A DNA stretch of 10,805 nucleotides from Candidatus Iainarchaeum sp. (GCA_003559395.1 PWLL01000074.1:1-10805); one strand, 5' to 3'. Numbered from the stretch's first letter, positions 1-7,457 are shown. Program-made: numbers and translations. The notes: generated from the letters alone by a model not told the origin.

Positions 1-331
1 CTTCTAAAGAATAAATCTTATCATTTAAAGAATCAAAAGAAAGGTGATCTAAAGAAGGAATAATTTGGTAACCGATAATATTTGCATCTTCTGAAGGATG
101 ACTATTTGCTAAAGTTACAAAGTTTCCAGAAACGCCTTGAGAAGTAACAAAACCAGTAAGATTAGATGTAGAAAAAAAGTCTTCTGTTTCTTTTGTTCTA
201 TCTGTTAGAAAATCTGTTCCCCAGCCTAACAAAAGACCAACCAAAACAACAGCAATGACTATCAACAAGATTGTCGCTATTAGTGGACTTACTGTTTTTT
301 TTCTAAAATTCTTTATTCTAAAATCAAACAT
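1..331 (-). CDS. Archaeal type IV pilin-like protein with a class III signal peptide. Only the N-terminal 110 codons are present; the C-terminus runs off the left edge of the window.
   Basis: This ORF is not in the track because no stop codon falls inside the window. The reverse complement from ATG 331..329 reads MFDFRIKNFRKKTVSPLIATILLIVIAVVLVGLLLGWGTDFLTDRTKETEDFFSTSNLTGFVTSQGVSGNFVTLANSHPSEDANIIGYQIIPSLDHLSFDSLNDKIYSLE and stays open to the edge. The pattern of a charged N-terminus followed by VSPLIATILLIV and a hydrophobic helix is the archaeal pilin N-terminal signature. It is clearly paralogous to the N-terminus of the 445..2037 product. A TTTATATA box lies at 356..363. Confidence 0.7.
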   Translation of the reverse strand, partial: MFDFRIKNFRKKTVSPLIATILLIVIAVVLVGLLLGWGTDFLTDRTKETEDFFSTSNLTGFVTSQGVSGNFVTLANSHPSEDANIIGYQIIPSLDHLSFDSLNDKIYSLE

Positions 332-355
332 ATATACATATAATAGATAAAAATA

Positions 356-363
356 TATATAAA
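356..363 (-). promoter_or_regulatory. Archaeal TATA box (TTTATATA) for the edge-truncated pilin-like gene.
   Basis: The minus strand reads cTTTATATAtatttttatctattatatgtatatATG. The box spans -32 to -25 relative to the ATG, which implies a leaderless or near-leaderless mRNA. Confidence 0.5.
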
Positions 364-387
364 GATATTTTTAATAATAATTTGCTT

Positions 388-444
388 AAAAAAACAACCA
401 TTTGTAATTTGTTAATATCAAAAATTATCAAAAAATAATCAAAA
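388..444 (-). terminator. Oligo-T tract cluster after the pilin/GLUG gene.
   Basis: After the stop codon the minus strand carries T4 (444..441), T6 (435..430), T5 (424..420) and T7 (394..388), upstream of the next gene's TATA box. Confidence 0.4.
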
Positions 445-2037
445 CTATTGAGGTAATGGATCTTGTGTGCGACCTCTTAAATAAGGATAAGTTACTTCTT
501 CTTGTATACTCCAAATTGTGGAAAAATCCCATTCTGGAGTAAAAGTGGATTTTGTTTTCATATCTGCAGTATTTGTTCCCTGTGCACCGTCTGGTGAAGT
601 TGTTTGTAAAGATGTATCTTTATTCCAATAATTATTTTCTGAAGATGAAGAAAGATTATTTCCTGAAAAACCTTTATCTGTTGGATCTGTTGAGCCTTCA
701 TAAGTTACTTTACCTATAGAATAACTATTTTTAATAGGACCAGGCTCATTATTAAAAAAACCAATAAAACCACCAATGGTTGTTGCTAAAGAACCAGATT
801 TTCTTATAACATTTCCTAAAGAATAACTATCTTTAATTTCTCCAACATTATTACGTCCTACAAAACCACCCACATCCATAGTTCCTTGAGTTTTAGCTTC
901 TGAATAAGACCGAACAACTTTTGAGTTATCGTTTATACCAACAAAACCACCCACATAATAATTTCCAGAAACAGAACCAACAAAAGAAGAGTCTTTTATT
1001 ACACTATCTACAAAATTTAACCCAACAAGTCCGCCTATACGATGACCAGTACCAACAACATCTCCAACACCAGAACTATCAAAAATAACACCCGTCTTAT
1101 TATCTCCTGCAAGTAAACCAACACTAGAATGGCCTTTTACTTTCCCTGTAACAAAACAATTTTTTATTTTTCCTGGATTGTAAAAACCACCAACAAGACC
1201 ACCCACATAAAAATGACCCGTAACATTTACGTCCTTTAAAATAAGATTACTTATGTTTGCGTCTTTTGTAAATGCAAACAATCCTTGAAAACTTGTAGAT
1301 TCGTTAACAAATAAATTATTTATTGTGTTTTCTTGCCCATCAAAAACCCCAGTAAACGGAGATTCATCAAAGTCACCTATAGCTAACCAACCTGTTTCAT
1401 CATAATCTTCAAAATCATTAAATTCTGTTAAATCAATACTATCAAAATCAACATCTTTTTCTAAAACAAAAAAACTATCTAAGTGATTTCTGATTTTATT
1501 TAGCTGAAAAACATTATAGATTCTATAAGGTACTTCTTCTGTACCTTGACCAACCAAATCAGTTTTACAACCGTTTGGTTCTATCTCTGTAAGTTTTACA
1601 TTGCTTACTCTTAATGAAACATATGTGTTGTCATCTGTAATAAGATTAATTGTAAATTCATTACTTGGATAACAAATAAAATCAATTAATGCACCACCTC
1701 CAACAGAAAGAGAAATTGGTTCTTTAAAATTTAGTGGTTTATTTACTAAACCATGATCATTATTTAAATCACTAACAATTGTATATTTTGTAAAAACAAT
1801 TTCTTGTTGAGAATTGTTTCTTATTTCATAATTATCAAAAGAAGAACGAGATAAAGAAACAAAACCAACTAAACTATCGTCAGTTTCATAAACAACAGAA
1901 GGGTCATCTAGCTCACGCTGAGCAAAATCACGTCCCCAATTTAAAATTAAAGCCACAAGCACTACAGCAACAACAATTAACAAAATAGTTGCAATCAATG
2001 GGGACACTGATTTATTCAATTTTTGTATATAAAACAT
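445..2037 (-). CDS. Surface protein combining an archaeal type IV pilin-like N-terminal signal/anchor with a GLUG-motif repeat passenger domain (putative adhesin).
   Basis: The N-terminus is MFYIQKLNKS-VSPLIATILLIVVAVVLVALILNWG, a class III signal peptide type. The entry module GQGTEEVPYRIYNVFQLNKIRNHLDSFFVLEKDVDFD is typical of GLUG-domain proteins. Repeated motifs with a period of about 28 aa follow: YVGGLVGG, SVGLLAGD (degenerate), RIGGLVGLN, YVGGFVGIN, DVGGFVGRN and TIGGFIGFF. The closing module is NYWNKDTS...FTPEWDFSTIWSIQEEVTYPYL. The start is ATG and a TATA-like box lies 24-33 nt upstream. Confidence 0.8.
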   Translation of the reverse strand: MFYIQKLNKSVSPLIATILLIVVAVVLVALILNWGRDFAQRELDDPSVVYETDDSLVGFVSLSRSSFDNYEIRNNSQQEIVFTKYTIVSDLNNDHGLVNKPLNFKEPISLSVGGGALIDFICYPSNEFTINLITDDNTYVSLRVSNVKLTEIEPNGCKTDLVGQGTEEVPYRIYNVFQLNKIRNHLDSFFVLEKDVDFDSIDLTEFNDFEDYDETGWLAIGDFDESPFTGVFDGQENTINNLFVNESTSFQGLFAFTKDANISNLILKDVNVTGHFYVGGLVGGFYNPGKIKNCFVTGKVKGHSSVGLLAGDNKTGVIFDSSGVGDVVGTGHRIGGLVGLNFVDSVIKDSSFVGSVSGNYYVGGFVGINDNSKVVRSYSEAKTQGTMDVGGFVGRNNVGEIKDSYSLGNVIRKSGSLATTIGGFIGFFNNEPGPIKNSYSIGKVTYEGSTDPTDKGFSGNNLSSSSENNYWNKDTSLQTTSPDGAQGTNTADMKTKSTFTPEWDFSTIWSIQEEVTYPYLRGRTQDPLPQ

Positions 2038-2060
2038 ATTTTTCTTTTTTTAAACAATAA

Positions 2061-2070
2061 TATATATATT
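2061..2070 (-). promoter_or_regulatory. TATA-like box for the pilin/GLUG gene.
   Basis: The minus strand reads gtatAATATATATAttattgtttaaaaaaagaaaaatATG. The box spans about -33 to -24 from the ATG, the same leaderless geometry as at 356..363. Confidence 0.4.
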
Positions 2071-2131
2071 ATACAAAAAACTTAAATAGGTTACGGATAT
2101 TTATTTTAAACAACTCAAAATAGAACAAAAA

Positions 2132-5100
2132 CTAAATATTCAAACCAATCACAGAAGAATGTTCTTTTAAAGTTACACCTATAACTTGGTCAGCACCATT
2201 TACTAAAAGGTTATTATGAGATATTGAAATAATATTTGATTTTTTTGATAGATCTCTTATATAGTTTAATAGATTTTTAGAATTTAGGTCATCTAAAGCA
2301 GCATCAACTTCATCAAGAACATAAAAAGAATATTTTTTATAAGCATTTATTGCAAAAATAAAAGCTAGTGCAGTAATTGCTTTTTCTCCACCTGACATAA
2401 TATCGATATTTTTTGTTTTTTTGTTTTTAGTTATGTTAATTAATAACTTTGATTCTAAAGGTTCTTCACCTAACAACTCTAATGAACCAGAAAGAGTATT
2501 AGACATTTTTGCAATAACATTTACAAATTCGTTGTTTATTTGTCTATAACAGTCCATGAAAATCTTTTGTTTTTTCAAATTTATTTCTGCAAGCATGTTT
2601 CTTACTTCTTCTTTTTCTTTCAACAAAATAGTGTGTTTTTCAAGAATATCTTCATATTCTTTTGCAAGTTTATTATAGGTATCAATTGCGTTAAAGTTTA
2701 TGTTTCCTAATGCATTTTTTTCTCGTCTTGTTTTTCTTAGTTTTGATTGTATTTCTTCTAGTAAAAAGTCTATTTCCTCTATATCTGAAATATCATCAAA
2801 AAAAGTCAAGTTTTCTTCTATTTGTTCAAGTTTATTTTTTAGGTTATTTATATTCATATTTGCTTCAGAAACACTAGCTCTAATATCAGAAATTACAAAA
2901 TCTATAGAACTTAGTTTTTTAGAAACCTCAGAAAGTTCTAGATTTATTTTTGATTTTTCTGCAAATAGGTTTTGTTTTTCTTTATTTGCTTCGTTTATTT
3001 GTTCTTCTAGATCTTTGATTGTTTGTTCTAGTTTTTCTTCTTGTGCTTTAAGGTCTTTTAAGTCTTTTTGTAAACTTTCTTGTCTAGTAGTGTTTTCTTC
3101 AAGATAGTTTTTTAGATTTTTTTGTTTTTCTTCTAACATTTGTTGTTTGGATGTTTTTTCTATTAGTTTTTGTTTAAGATCGTTAATCTCGTTAGTCAAA
3201 GTATCATATTGATCTCTTAAGTTTTCTTGTTCAGAAATAGATATGCCAGAAAGCTTTTGTTCTGTTTCTTTTTTTTGATTTTTGGAATGGGTTATTTGTT
3301 CTTCTATCTTTGTGAGGTTTTGTTTTATTTGTCCTACATTTAGTGCAAACTCTCTTTCAACTACATTTGTTTTTTCTTCAGACAAAAGTTTTTCTTCTAC
3401 ATCTTCTAAAAAACTTACTTTTGTATTATAAAGAACTTGGTAATCACTAAATTTATTTTTTTCTTCTTTTATTTTTATATCTTCTTCTCTTATTTTTTCT
3501 TTTAACTTTTCTAGATTATTTGTTTCTTCATCATATTCTTTTTGTTCTTTTTCTAGTTCTTTAATAACGCTTTCTCTTTTTTTAAAAGAAATTTTTTTAT
3601 AACAAAAACCATCAAAAAAATACCCTTTTATTTTTTTAATATCTTTTGAAGAAACGTATTTTTTTTCAATAACTTTAGACAATTCTTTTTCATCAACATC
3701 TAGAACATCAAGACAAATTATTGAAAATTGCCCATATTCTTCTATTTCTTTAATTTTGTTTTCTAGATCAGCATTATTTTTAAAAACCAGAAATCTAGAA
3801 AAATATGTTTTCTGTTCTTCTTTAAGAGAAACCACGTCTTCTAAAAACCCAACAAAGTTTTTTTGTAATTTCAATTTTTCTTTAACAACTTCTTTATTTT
3901 CTTTTAGATTTAAATAAAGTTTTTTTTCTTTTTTAAGCGCATCAATATTTGCTTTTTTTTCAGCTAACAAAACAACTTTTTCTTCTTGTTCTTTTATTTT
4001 TTGTTCAATTTCTTTTGTTTTTTGTTCAATTATTTTTTGTTGTGTTTTAATGATGGTTTGTAGTTCTTCTTTTTCTTCAAATATATTTTTTTTGAAATCT
4101 TTTAATGATGTTATTCTTTCTTTTTTCTTTTCTTCTTCTTTTTTTTTATTTTCTTGTTCTAGATCATATGAAGTAATTTTATTTTTATTTTCAAAATAGT
4201 CTTCTTGAAGTTCTTCTATCTTAAGATTTATTTTATTTATTTGATCATAAAGTTCTATTTGTTCTTTTTTTGTTTGATCATATGTTTCTTTATTTTTTTC
4301 TATATTTTCTTTTACTTGTTTTCTTTCTTTTTCTTTAAGATTTACATCTTCTCTTAGTTTTTTTGTATCTTCTAAGAGTTTTTTAGTTTCTGTTTGAATA
4401 TTTTCATGTTCTTGTTGTTTATTATTTTTTTCATCTATAAGCAGTTTAATATTATTTTCTTTTAAATAAACATTATTTTGAAGAATTTCTTTTTTAGACA
4501 AAACTTCAACGTGTTTTTTTCCAACACTTTCATGTGTTCTTTCTGAGTGATTTATTAACCTAGTATTTATTTCATCTAGCTTTTGTTCATGTTCTTGTTC
4601 TTTTGTCAAAAGTTCTTTTTTTTCTAATTCTTTTTCTTGTATTTCTTCTAGATATGAAGATACTTTTTCTTGTTCTATTTTTTCTTCATGAAAATAATTG
4701 TCTTTTTGTTTTAATAAAAGATTAACATTATATATTTTTTCTTCTTTTTCTAATTTTTTATATGCTAAGGCATCTTCTTTTTCTTGTGCTAGTTGTTCAA
4801 CATATGGTTTTCTTTCGTTTAGTGCAATACTTACTTTTTCTAGTCTTTTATCTACTTTTTTAAGATTATTTTCAGCTTCTTTTTTTCTTTCATCAAACAA
4901 AGAGATTCCTGAAAGGTCTTCTATTATTTTTCTTCTTTCTTCTGCTGAAAGGTTTATTATTCTTGTAACATCTCCTTGTTGCACAGTATTATATCCACTA
5001 GAAGAAATTCCAAGCTCTTCTAAAAAGGAAGTAATTTCATTTAAAGCTTTTCTTTTTTCATTTAATATAAAAACAGATTTACCTGCATCGTCTATTTCTC

Positions 5101-5368
5101 TAACAATCTCATATTTTTGATCTTCATGTGTAAATACAACTCTTACTCTTGCAGCTTTTGATTTTGAGTTATGGTTTACAAGATCAGATAACTTATCTAC
5201 TCTTAGTTTTTTTAAAGAAGTTTCTCCAAATGCAAACAACAGAGCATCTACAATATTACTTTTTCCAGAACCGTTTGGTCCAACAACAATTTGAAAGCCA
5301 TCTTTAAATGGAATTGTAGAATAATTAAATGATTTAAAGTTTTTAATAATAAGTTCTTTTATCTGCAT
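2132..5368 (-). CDS. smc: Structural maintenance of chromosomes (SMC) ATPase, 1078 aa, with intact head motifs and a shortened hinge.
   Basis: The N-terminus MQIKELIIKNFKSF...VGPNGSGKSNIVDALLFAFG contains the Walker A motif (nt 5258..5281). QQGDVTRIINLSAEERRKIIEDLSGIS matches the SMC Q-loop and head helix. The C-terminal head carries MSGGEKAITALAFIFAI (ABC signature, nt 2381..2398), FYVLDEVDAALD (Walker B and D-loop) and ISISHN (H-loop). Two K/E-rich coiled-coil arms of about 300 aa each flank a non-coiled segment at residues 503-597. There is no CxxC zinc hook, so this is not Rad50. Confidence 0.9.
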   Translation of the reverse strand: MQIKELIIKNFKSFNYSTIPFKDGFQIVVGPNGSGKSNIVDALLFAFGETSLKKLRVDKLSDLVNHNSKSKAARVRVVFTHEDQKYEIVREIDDAGKSVFILNEKRKALNEITSFLEELGISSSGYNTVQQGDVTRIINLSAEERRKIIEDLSGISLFDERKKEAENNLKKVDKRLEKVSIALNERKPYVEQLAQEKEDALAYKKLEKEEKIYNVNLLLKQKDNYFHEEKIEQEKVSSYLEEIQEKELEKKELLTKEQEHEQKLDEINTRLINHSERTHESVGKKHVEVLSKKEILQNNVYLKENNIKLLIDEKNNKQQEHENIQTETKKLLEDTKKLREDVNLKEKERKQVKENIEKNKETYDQTKKEQIELYDQINKINLKIEELQEDYFENKNKITSYDLEQENKKKEEEKKKERITSLKDFKKNIFEEKEELQTIIKTQQKIIEQKTKEIEQKIKEQEEKVVLLAEKKANIDALKKEKKLYLNLKENKEVVKEKLKLQKNFVGFLEDVVSLKEEQKTYFSRFLVFKNNADLENKIKEIEEYGQFSIICLDVLDVDEKELSKVIEKKYVSSKDIKKIKGYFFDGFCYKKISFKKRESVIKELEKEQKEYDEETNNLEKLKEKIREEDIKIKEEKNKFSDYQVLYNTKVSFLEDVEEKLLSEEKTNVVEREFALNVGQIKQNLTKIEEQITHSKNQKKETEQKLSGISISEQENLRDQYDTLTNEINDLKQKLIEKTSKQQMLEEKQKNLKNYLEENTTRQESLQKDLKDLKAQEEKLEQTIKDLEEQINEANKEKQNLFAEKSKINLELSEVSKKLSSIDFVISDIRASVSEANMNINNLKNKLEQIEENLTFFDDISDIEEIDFLLEEIQSKLRKTRREKNALGNINFNAIDTYNKLAKEYEDILEKHTILLKEKEEVRNMLAEINLKKQKIFMDCYRQINNEFVNVIAKMSNTLSGSLELLGEEPLESKLLINITKNKKTKNIDIMSGGEKAITALAFIFAINAYKKYSFYVLDEVDAALDDLNSKNLLNYIRDLSKKSNIISISHNNLLVNGADQVIGVTLKEHSSVIGLNI

Positions 5369-5373
5369 GTTTT

Positions 5374-5379
5374 ACCTTC
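5374..5379 (-). promoter_or_regulatory. Shine-Dalgarno-like GAAGGT in the 13-nt NYN-smc spacer.
   Basis: The minus strand reads TGA-AAGAAGGTAAAAC-ATG. The purine-rich GAAGGT sits 5 nt upstream of the smc ATG, consistent with an internal cistron of an operon. Confidence 0.45.
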
Positions 5380-5381
5380 TT

Positions 5382-5909
5382 TCATTCTTTTAATAAACAT
5401 TTTGAAATGTCATTAATTTTAATCGTTTTATTACAAATCTTTTTTAAATGATATGACTTCATTTTGGAAAAACCAACATAACGTACTTTCTTATTCAATT
5501 TTTGAATTTCTTCTATTGCAGGAATAAAATCAGCATCATTTGAAATTAACATAGCAACATCATAATTATTTTTATATGCATTTACTAACAAGTCAATTGC
5601 GATTTTTACATCAACTCCTTTTTCTACTTTGTGATTGTTTGGTCTTTTTTCTAATCTTCCAAGATAAAGATTTAATTTAGGAACTTTTTTCAAATATTCA
5701 AAAAAGCTTTGTTGTTTTTTATATTCTTCTTTATCATCTGCTTGACTTAATGGAGCATTATAATAAAATATTTTTATTAAGTTCTGATCTTTTGTTAAAA
5801 AATTAACAAACTTAACGAAATCAACTTTAGTTTTAGAAAAAGATTTTTTTAAAGAATAATAAAAATTACTACCATCTATAAATACCATTACTCTTTCAGA
5901 ATCAGACAT
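5382..5909 (-). CDS. NYN-domain (LabA-like, PIN-related) putative ribonuclease, 175 aa from ATG 5909.
   Basis: MSDSERVMVFIDGSNFYYSL..., KGVDVKIAIDLLVNAY and AMLISNDADFIPAIEEIQKLNKKVRYVGF match the conserved Asp-containing motifs of NYN/LabA proteins. The track start at 5945 is a GTG that adds 12 non-conserved residues, so the internal ATG at 5909 is preferred, though the choice is not settled. The stop codon lies 13 nt upstream of the smc ATG. Confidence 0.72.
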   Translation of the reverse strand: MSDSERVMVFIDGSNFYYSLKKSFSKTKVDFVKFVNFLTKDQNLIKIFYYNAPLSQADDKEEYKKQQSFFEYLKKVPKLNLYLGRLEKRPNNHKVEKGVDVKIAIDLLVNAYKNNYDVAMLISNDADFIPAIEEIQKLNKKVRYVGFSKMKSYHLKKICNKTIKINDISKCLLKE

Positions 5910-6079
5910 TATAATCACAATAAAATCCTGCCGTTGTGAAAACACAAAGACAGGGAGTTAATACAATATATATTTGTAATAAAACTATTTAAAAACATAT
6001 CTTTTTTATCATAACCTTTGTATTTTAGTGGTTTTTTGATTTTTTGTGTTTTTTTAAAACATTTTGTTTATCTAAATAG

Positions 6080-7366
6080 CTATAAAAGATTGTTTTTTTT
6101 AATTTCTTTTTTTCCAAACATGTATTTCTGTAAGATTTCAGGTACAATTATTGTTCCTTCTTTTGTTTGAAAGTTTTCTACGATTGCTACAAGGGTTCTT
6201 GTTGTTGAGATTCCTGTATTATTTAAAGTATAGGGATAGTATTTTTCTTGATCTTTTGTTTTTACTCTTATATTTAATTTTGTTGTTTGTGAGTTATTAA
6301 GGTTACTACAAGAACCAAGTTCTATCCAGTCTTTTCTTTTAGGCCCCCAGACTTCTAAATCAATCATTCTTTCTTTCATATCTCCTAGATCTCCAGAACA
6401 AATCTCTAGATGTCTTAGTGTAAATCCAAGGGCTAACAACATCTCTGTTTGGTTATCTAAGAGCTCTTTAAAATAAGTGTTTACTTCTTCTGGCTTACAC
6501 AACACCACTTGCTCTACTTTATCAAACTGATGAACTCTAAACAACCCTCTTTCATCAACACCGTGTGCTCCAATCTCTTGTCTAAAACATGGTGAAAAAG
6601 AAAACATTTTTTTAGGAAGTTCTTCTTCTTTTAAAAGTTTATCTTTAAAAAGATTTACTAAAGAAAGTTCTGATGAAGCCACAAGGTGTAGATCTTTTTC
6701 TTGTATTTTAAAAATAGATTCTTTAAAGTCTTCAAAGGAAATAACATTACATGCTTCTTTGTTTATCATTAAGGGCGCAGACACACAAACATAGCCTTTT
6801 TTATACAAAAAGTCTTGAGCATATCTTATAAGTGCTTGATTTAATAAAGCTAAATCTCCTTTAAGATAATAAAAACCTTTACCAGAAACATTTCTAGAAG
6901 CTTCAAAATCAACCACCTTTAGTTTTTCAAGAACTTCAGCATGTCCTTTTAGTTCAAAATCATATTCTTTTGGTTCTGAAAATCTTTTAATTTCTTTATT
7001 TTCTAGATTGTCTTTTCCTTTTGGTGTTTGTTCTGAAACAATCATTGGCATAATTTCTTCTAGTTGTTTTATTTTTATAAACAGTTCTTCTTTTCTGGCA
7101 TCTATTTGTTTTATTTTTTCAGGAAGTTCTTTTGCTTCTTTTAATAAAGACGAAACATCTTCTTTTTTTTGTTTATTTTTTGCAATTTGTTCTGTTATTT
7201 TATTTCTTTGATGTTTTATATTGTTTGCTTCTTTTATAAGTGTTCTATATTCTTCATCTAGCACAATTATTTCTTCAAGATCTTTGATTTTTTCTTCTTG
7301 ATATTTTTTTTGCAGATTTTCAAGAACTTTTTCTTTATTTTCTCGTATATATTTTATACTTAACAT
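6080..7366 (-). CDS. serS: Seryl-tRNA synthetase (bacterial/common type, class II aaRS), 428 aa from ATG 7366.
   Basis: The N-terminus MLSIKYIRENKEKVLENLQKK leads into the coiled-coil tRNA-binding arm. Motif 2 is FSPCFRQEIGAHGVDERGLFRVHQFDKVEQV. Motif 3 is YTLNNTGISTTRTLVAIVENFQTKEGTIIVPEIL. The track start at 7375 is GTG (plus strand cac); the ATG three codons in gives the canonical ML.IK N-terminus. Confidence 0.93.
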   Translation of the reverse strand: MLSIKYIRENKEKVLENLQKKYQEEKIKDLEEIIVLDEEYRTLIKEANNIKHQRNKITEQIAKNKQKKEDVSSLLKEAKELPEKIKQIDARKEELFIKIKQLEEIMPMIVSEQTPKGKDNLENKEIKRFSEPKEYDFELKGHAEVLEKLKVVDFEASRNVSGKGFYYLKGDLALLNQALIRYAQDFLYKKGYVCVSAPLMINKEACNVISFEDFKESIFKIQEKDLHLVASSELSLVNLFKDKLLKEEELPKKMFSFSPCFRQEIGAHGVDERGLFRVHQFDKVEQVVLCKPEEVNTYFKELLDNQTEMLLALGFTLRHLEICSGDLGDMKERMIDLEVWGPKRKDWIELGSCSNLNNSQTTKLNIRVKTKDQEKYYPYTLNNTGISTTRTLVAIVENFQTKEGTIIVPEILQKYMFGKKEIKKNNLL

Positions 7367-7412
7367 ATTTTTCACATAAACTAGTATTTTTTACCAAAAC
7401 ATATTGTAAGTG

Positions 7413-7420
7413 TATATAAA
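7413..7420 (-). promoter_or_regulatory. Candidate TATA box for serS.
   Basis: The minus strand has TTTATATA at -54 to -47 from ATG 7366. A second TTTATATA lies further upstream at 7438..7445, and I cannot tell by eye which one is used. Confidence 0.35.
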
Positions 7421-7457
7421 ATAAATATACAAAACAATATATAAAGGTATTTTTGGC

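Noticed and set aside
4114-4147. A 34-nt uninterrupted polypyrimidine (plus strand) / polypurine tract inside smc, with similar shorter tracts elsewhere. Such tracts can form triplex H-DNA.
   Set aside because: It encodes KKKEEEKKKER. Lys and Glu codons are all-purine, so the tract follows directly from the coiled-coil composition. There is no independent sign of a structural or regulatory role.
2700-5120. Two plus-strand ORFs from the track (2700..3107 and 4698..5120) lie antisense inside smc.
   Set aside because: Their translations are low-complexity S/F/L/C strings, which is what the reverse complement of K/E-rich (all-purine) codons produces. They have no motifs, are fully embedded in a strongly supported gene, and have no promoter or RBS context.
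2132-5368. I considered whether the 1078-aa ATPase is Rad50 or a defence-type SMC (Wadjet JetC or Lamassu LmuB-like) rather than condensin SMC.
   Set aside because: It has no CxxC zinc hook. The N-terminal FKSF...GPNGSGKSN, the QGD..RII..S..ERR..IE...GI segment and the C-terminal SGGEK...LDEVDAALD are the canonical SMC pattern. No JetA/B/D or LmuA-like partners are present. The only unusual neighbour is the NYN gene, reported separately.
5910-5945. GTG-initiated N-terminal extensions in the ORF track: NYN at 5945, and likewise serS at 7375.
   Set aside because: Both track starts are GTG (plus strand cac). The extensions (MFSQRQDFIVII and MKN) precede in-frame ATGs that give family-typical N-termini. 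For NYN, a TATA-like ATATATAT at 5967..5974 would fit a leaderless GTG start, so some doubt remains there.
5927-5954. A locally GC-richer imperfect hairpin (cctgccgttgtg-aaaa-cacaaagacagg, 10 of 12 positions paired) lies upstream of the NYN ATG.
   Set aside because: It has two mismatches in a short stem and overlaps the alternative GTG-start extension and the likely transcription start region. It has no following T-tract and matches no riboswitch or RNA family I recognise. It is too weak to call.
5959-5984. An inverted repeat TACAA-N7-TTGTA brackets the TATA-like sequence upstream of the NYN gene and could be an operator.
   Set aside because: It has only 5 perfect base pairs per arm in a nearly pure A/T context where such palindromes arise by chance, and it is not repeated elsewhere in the window.
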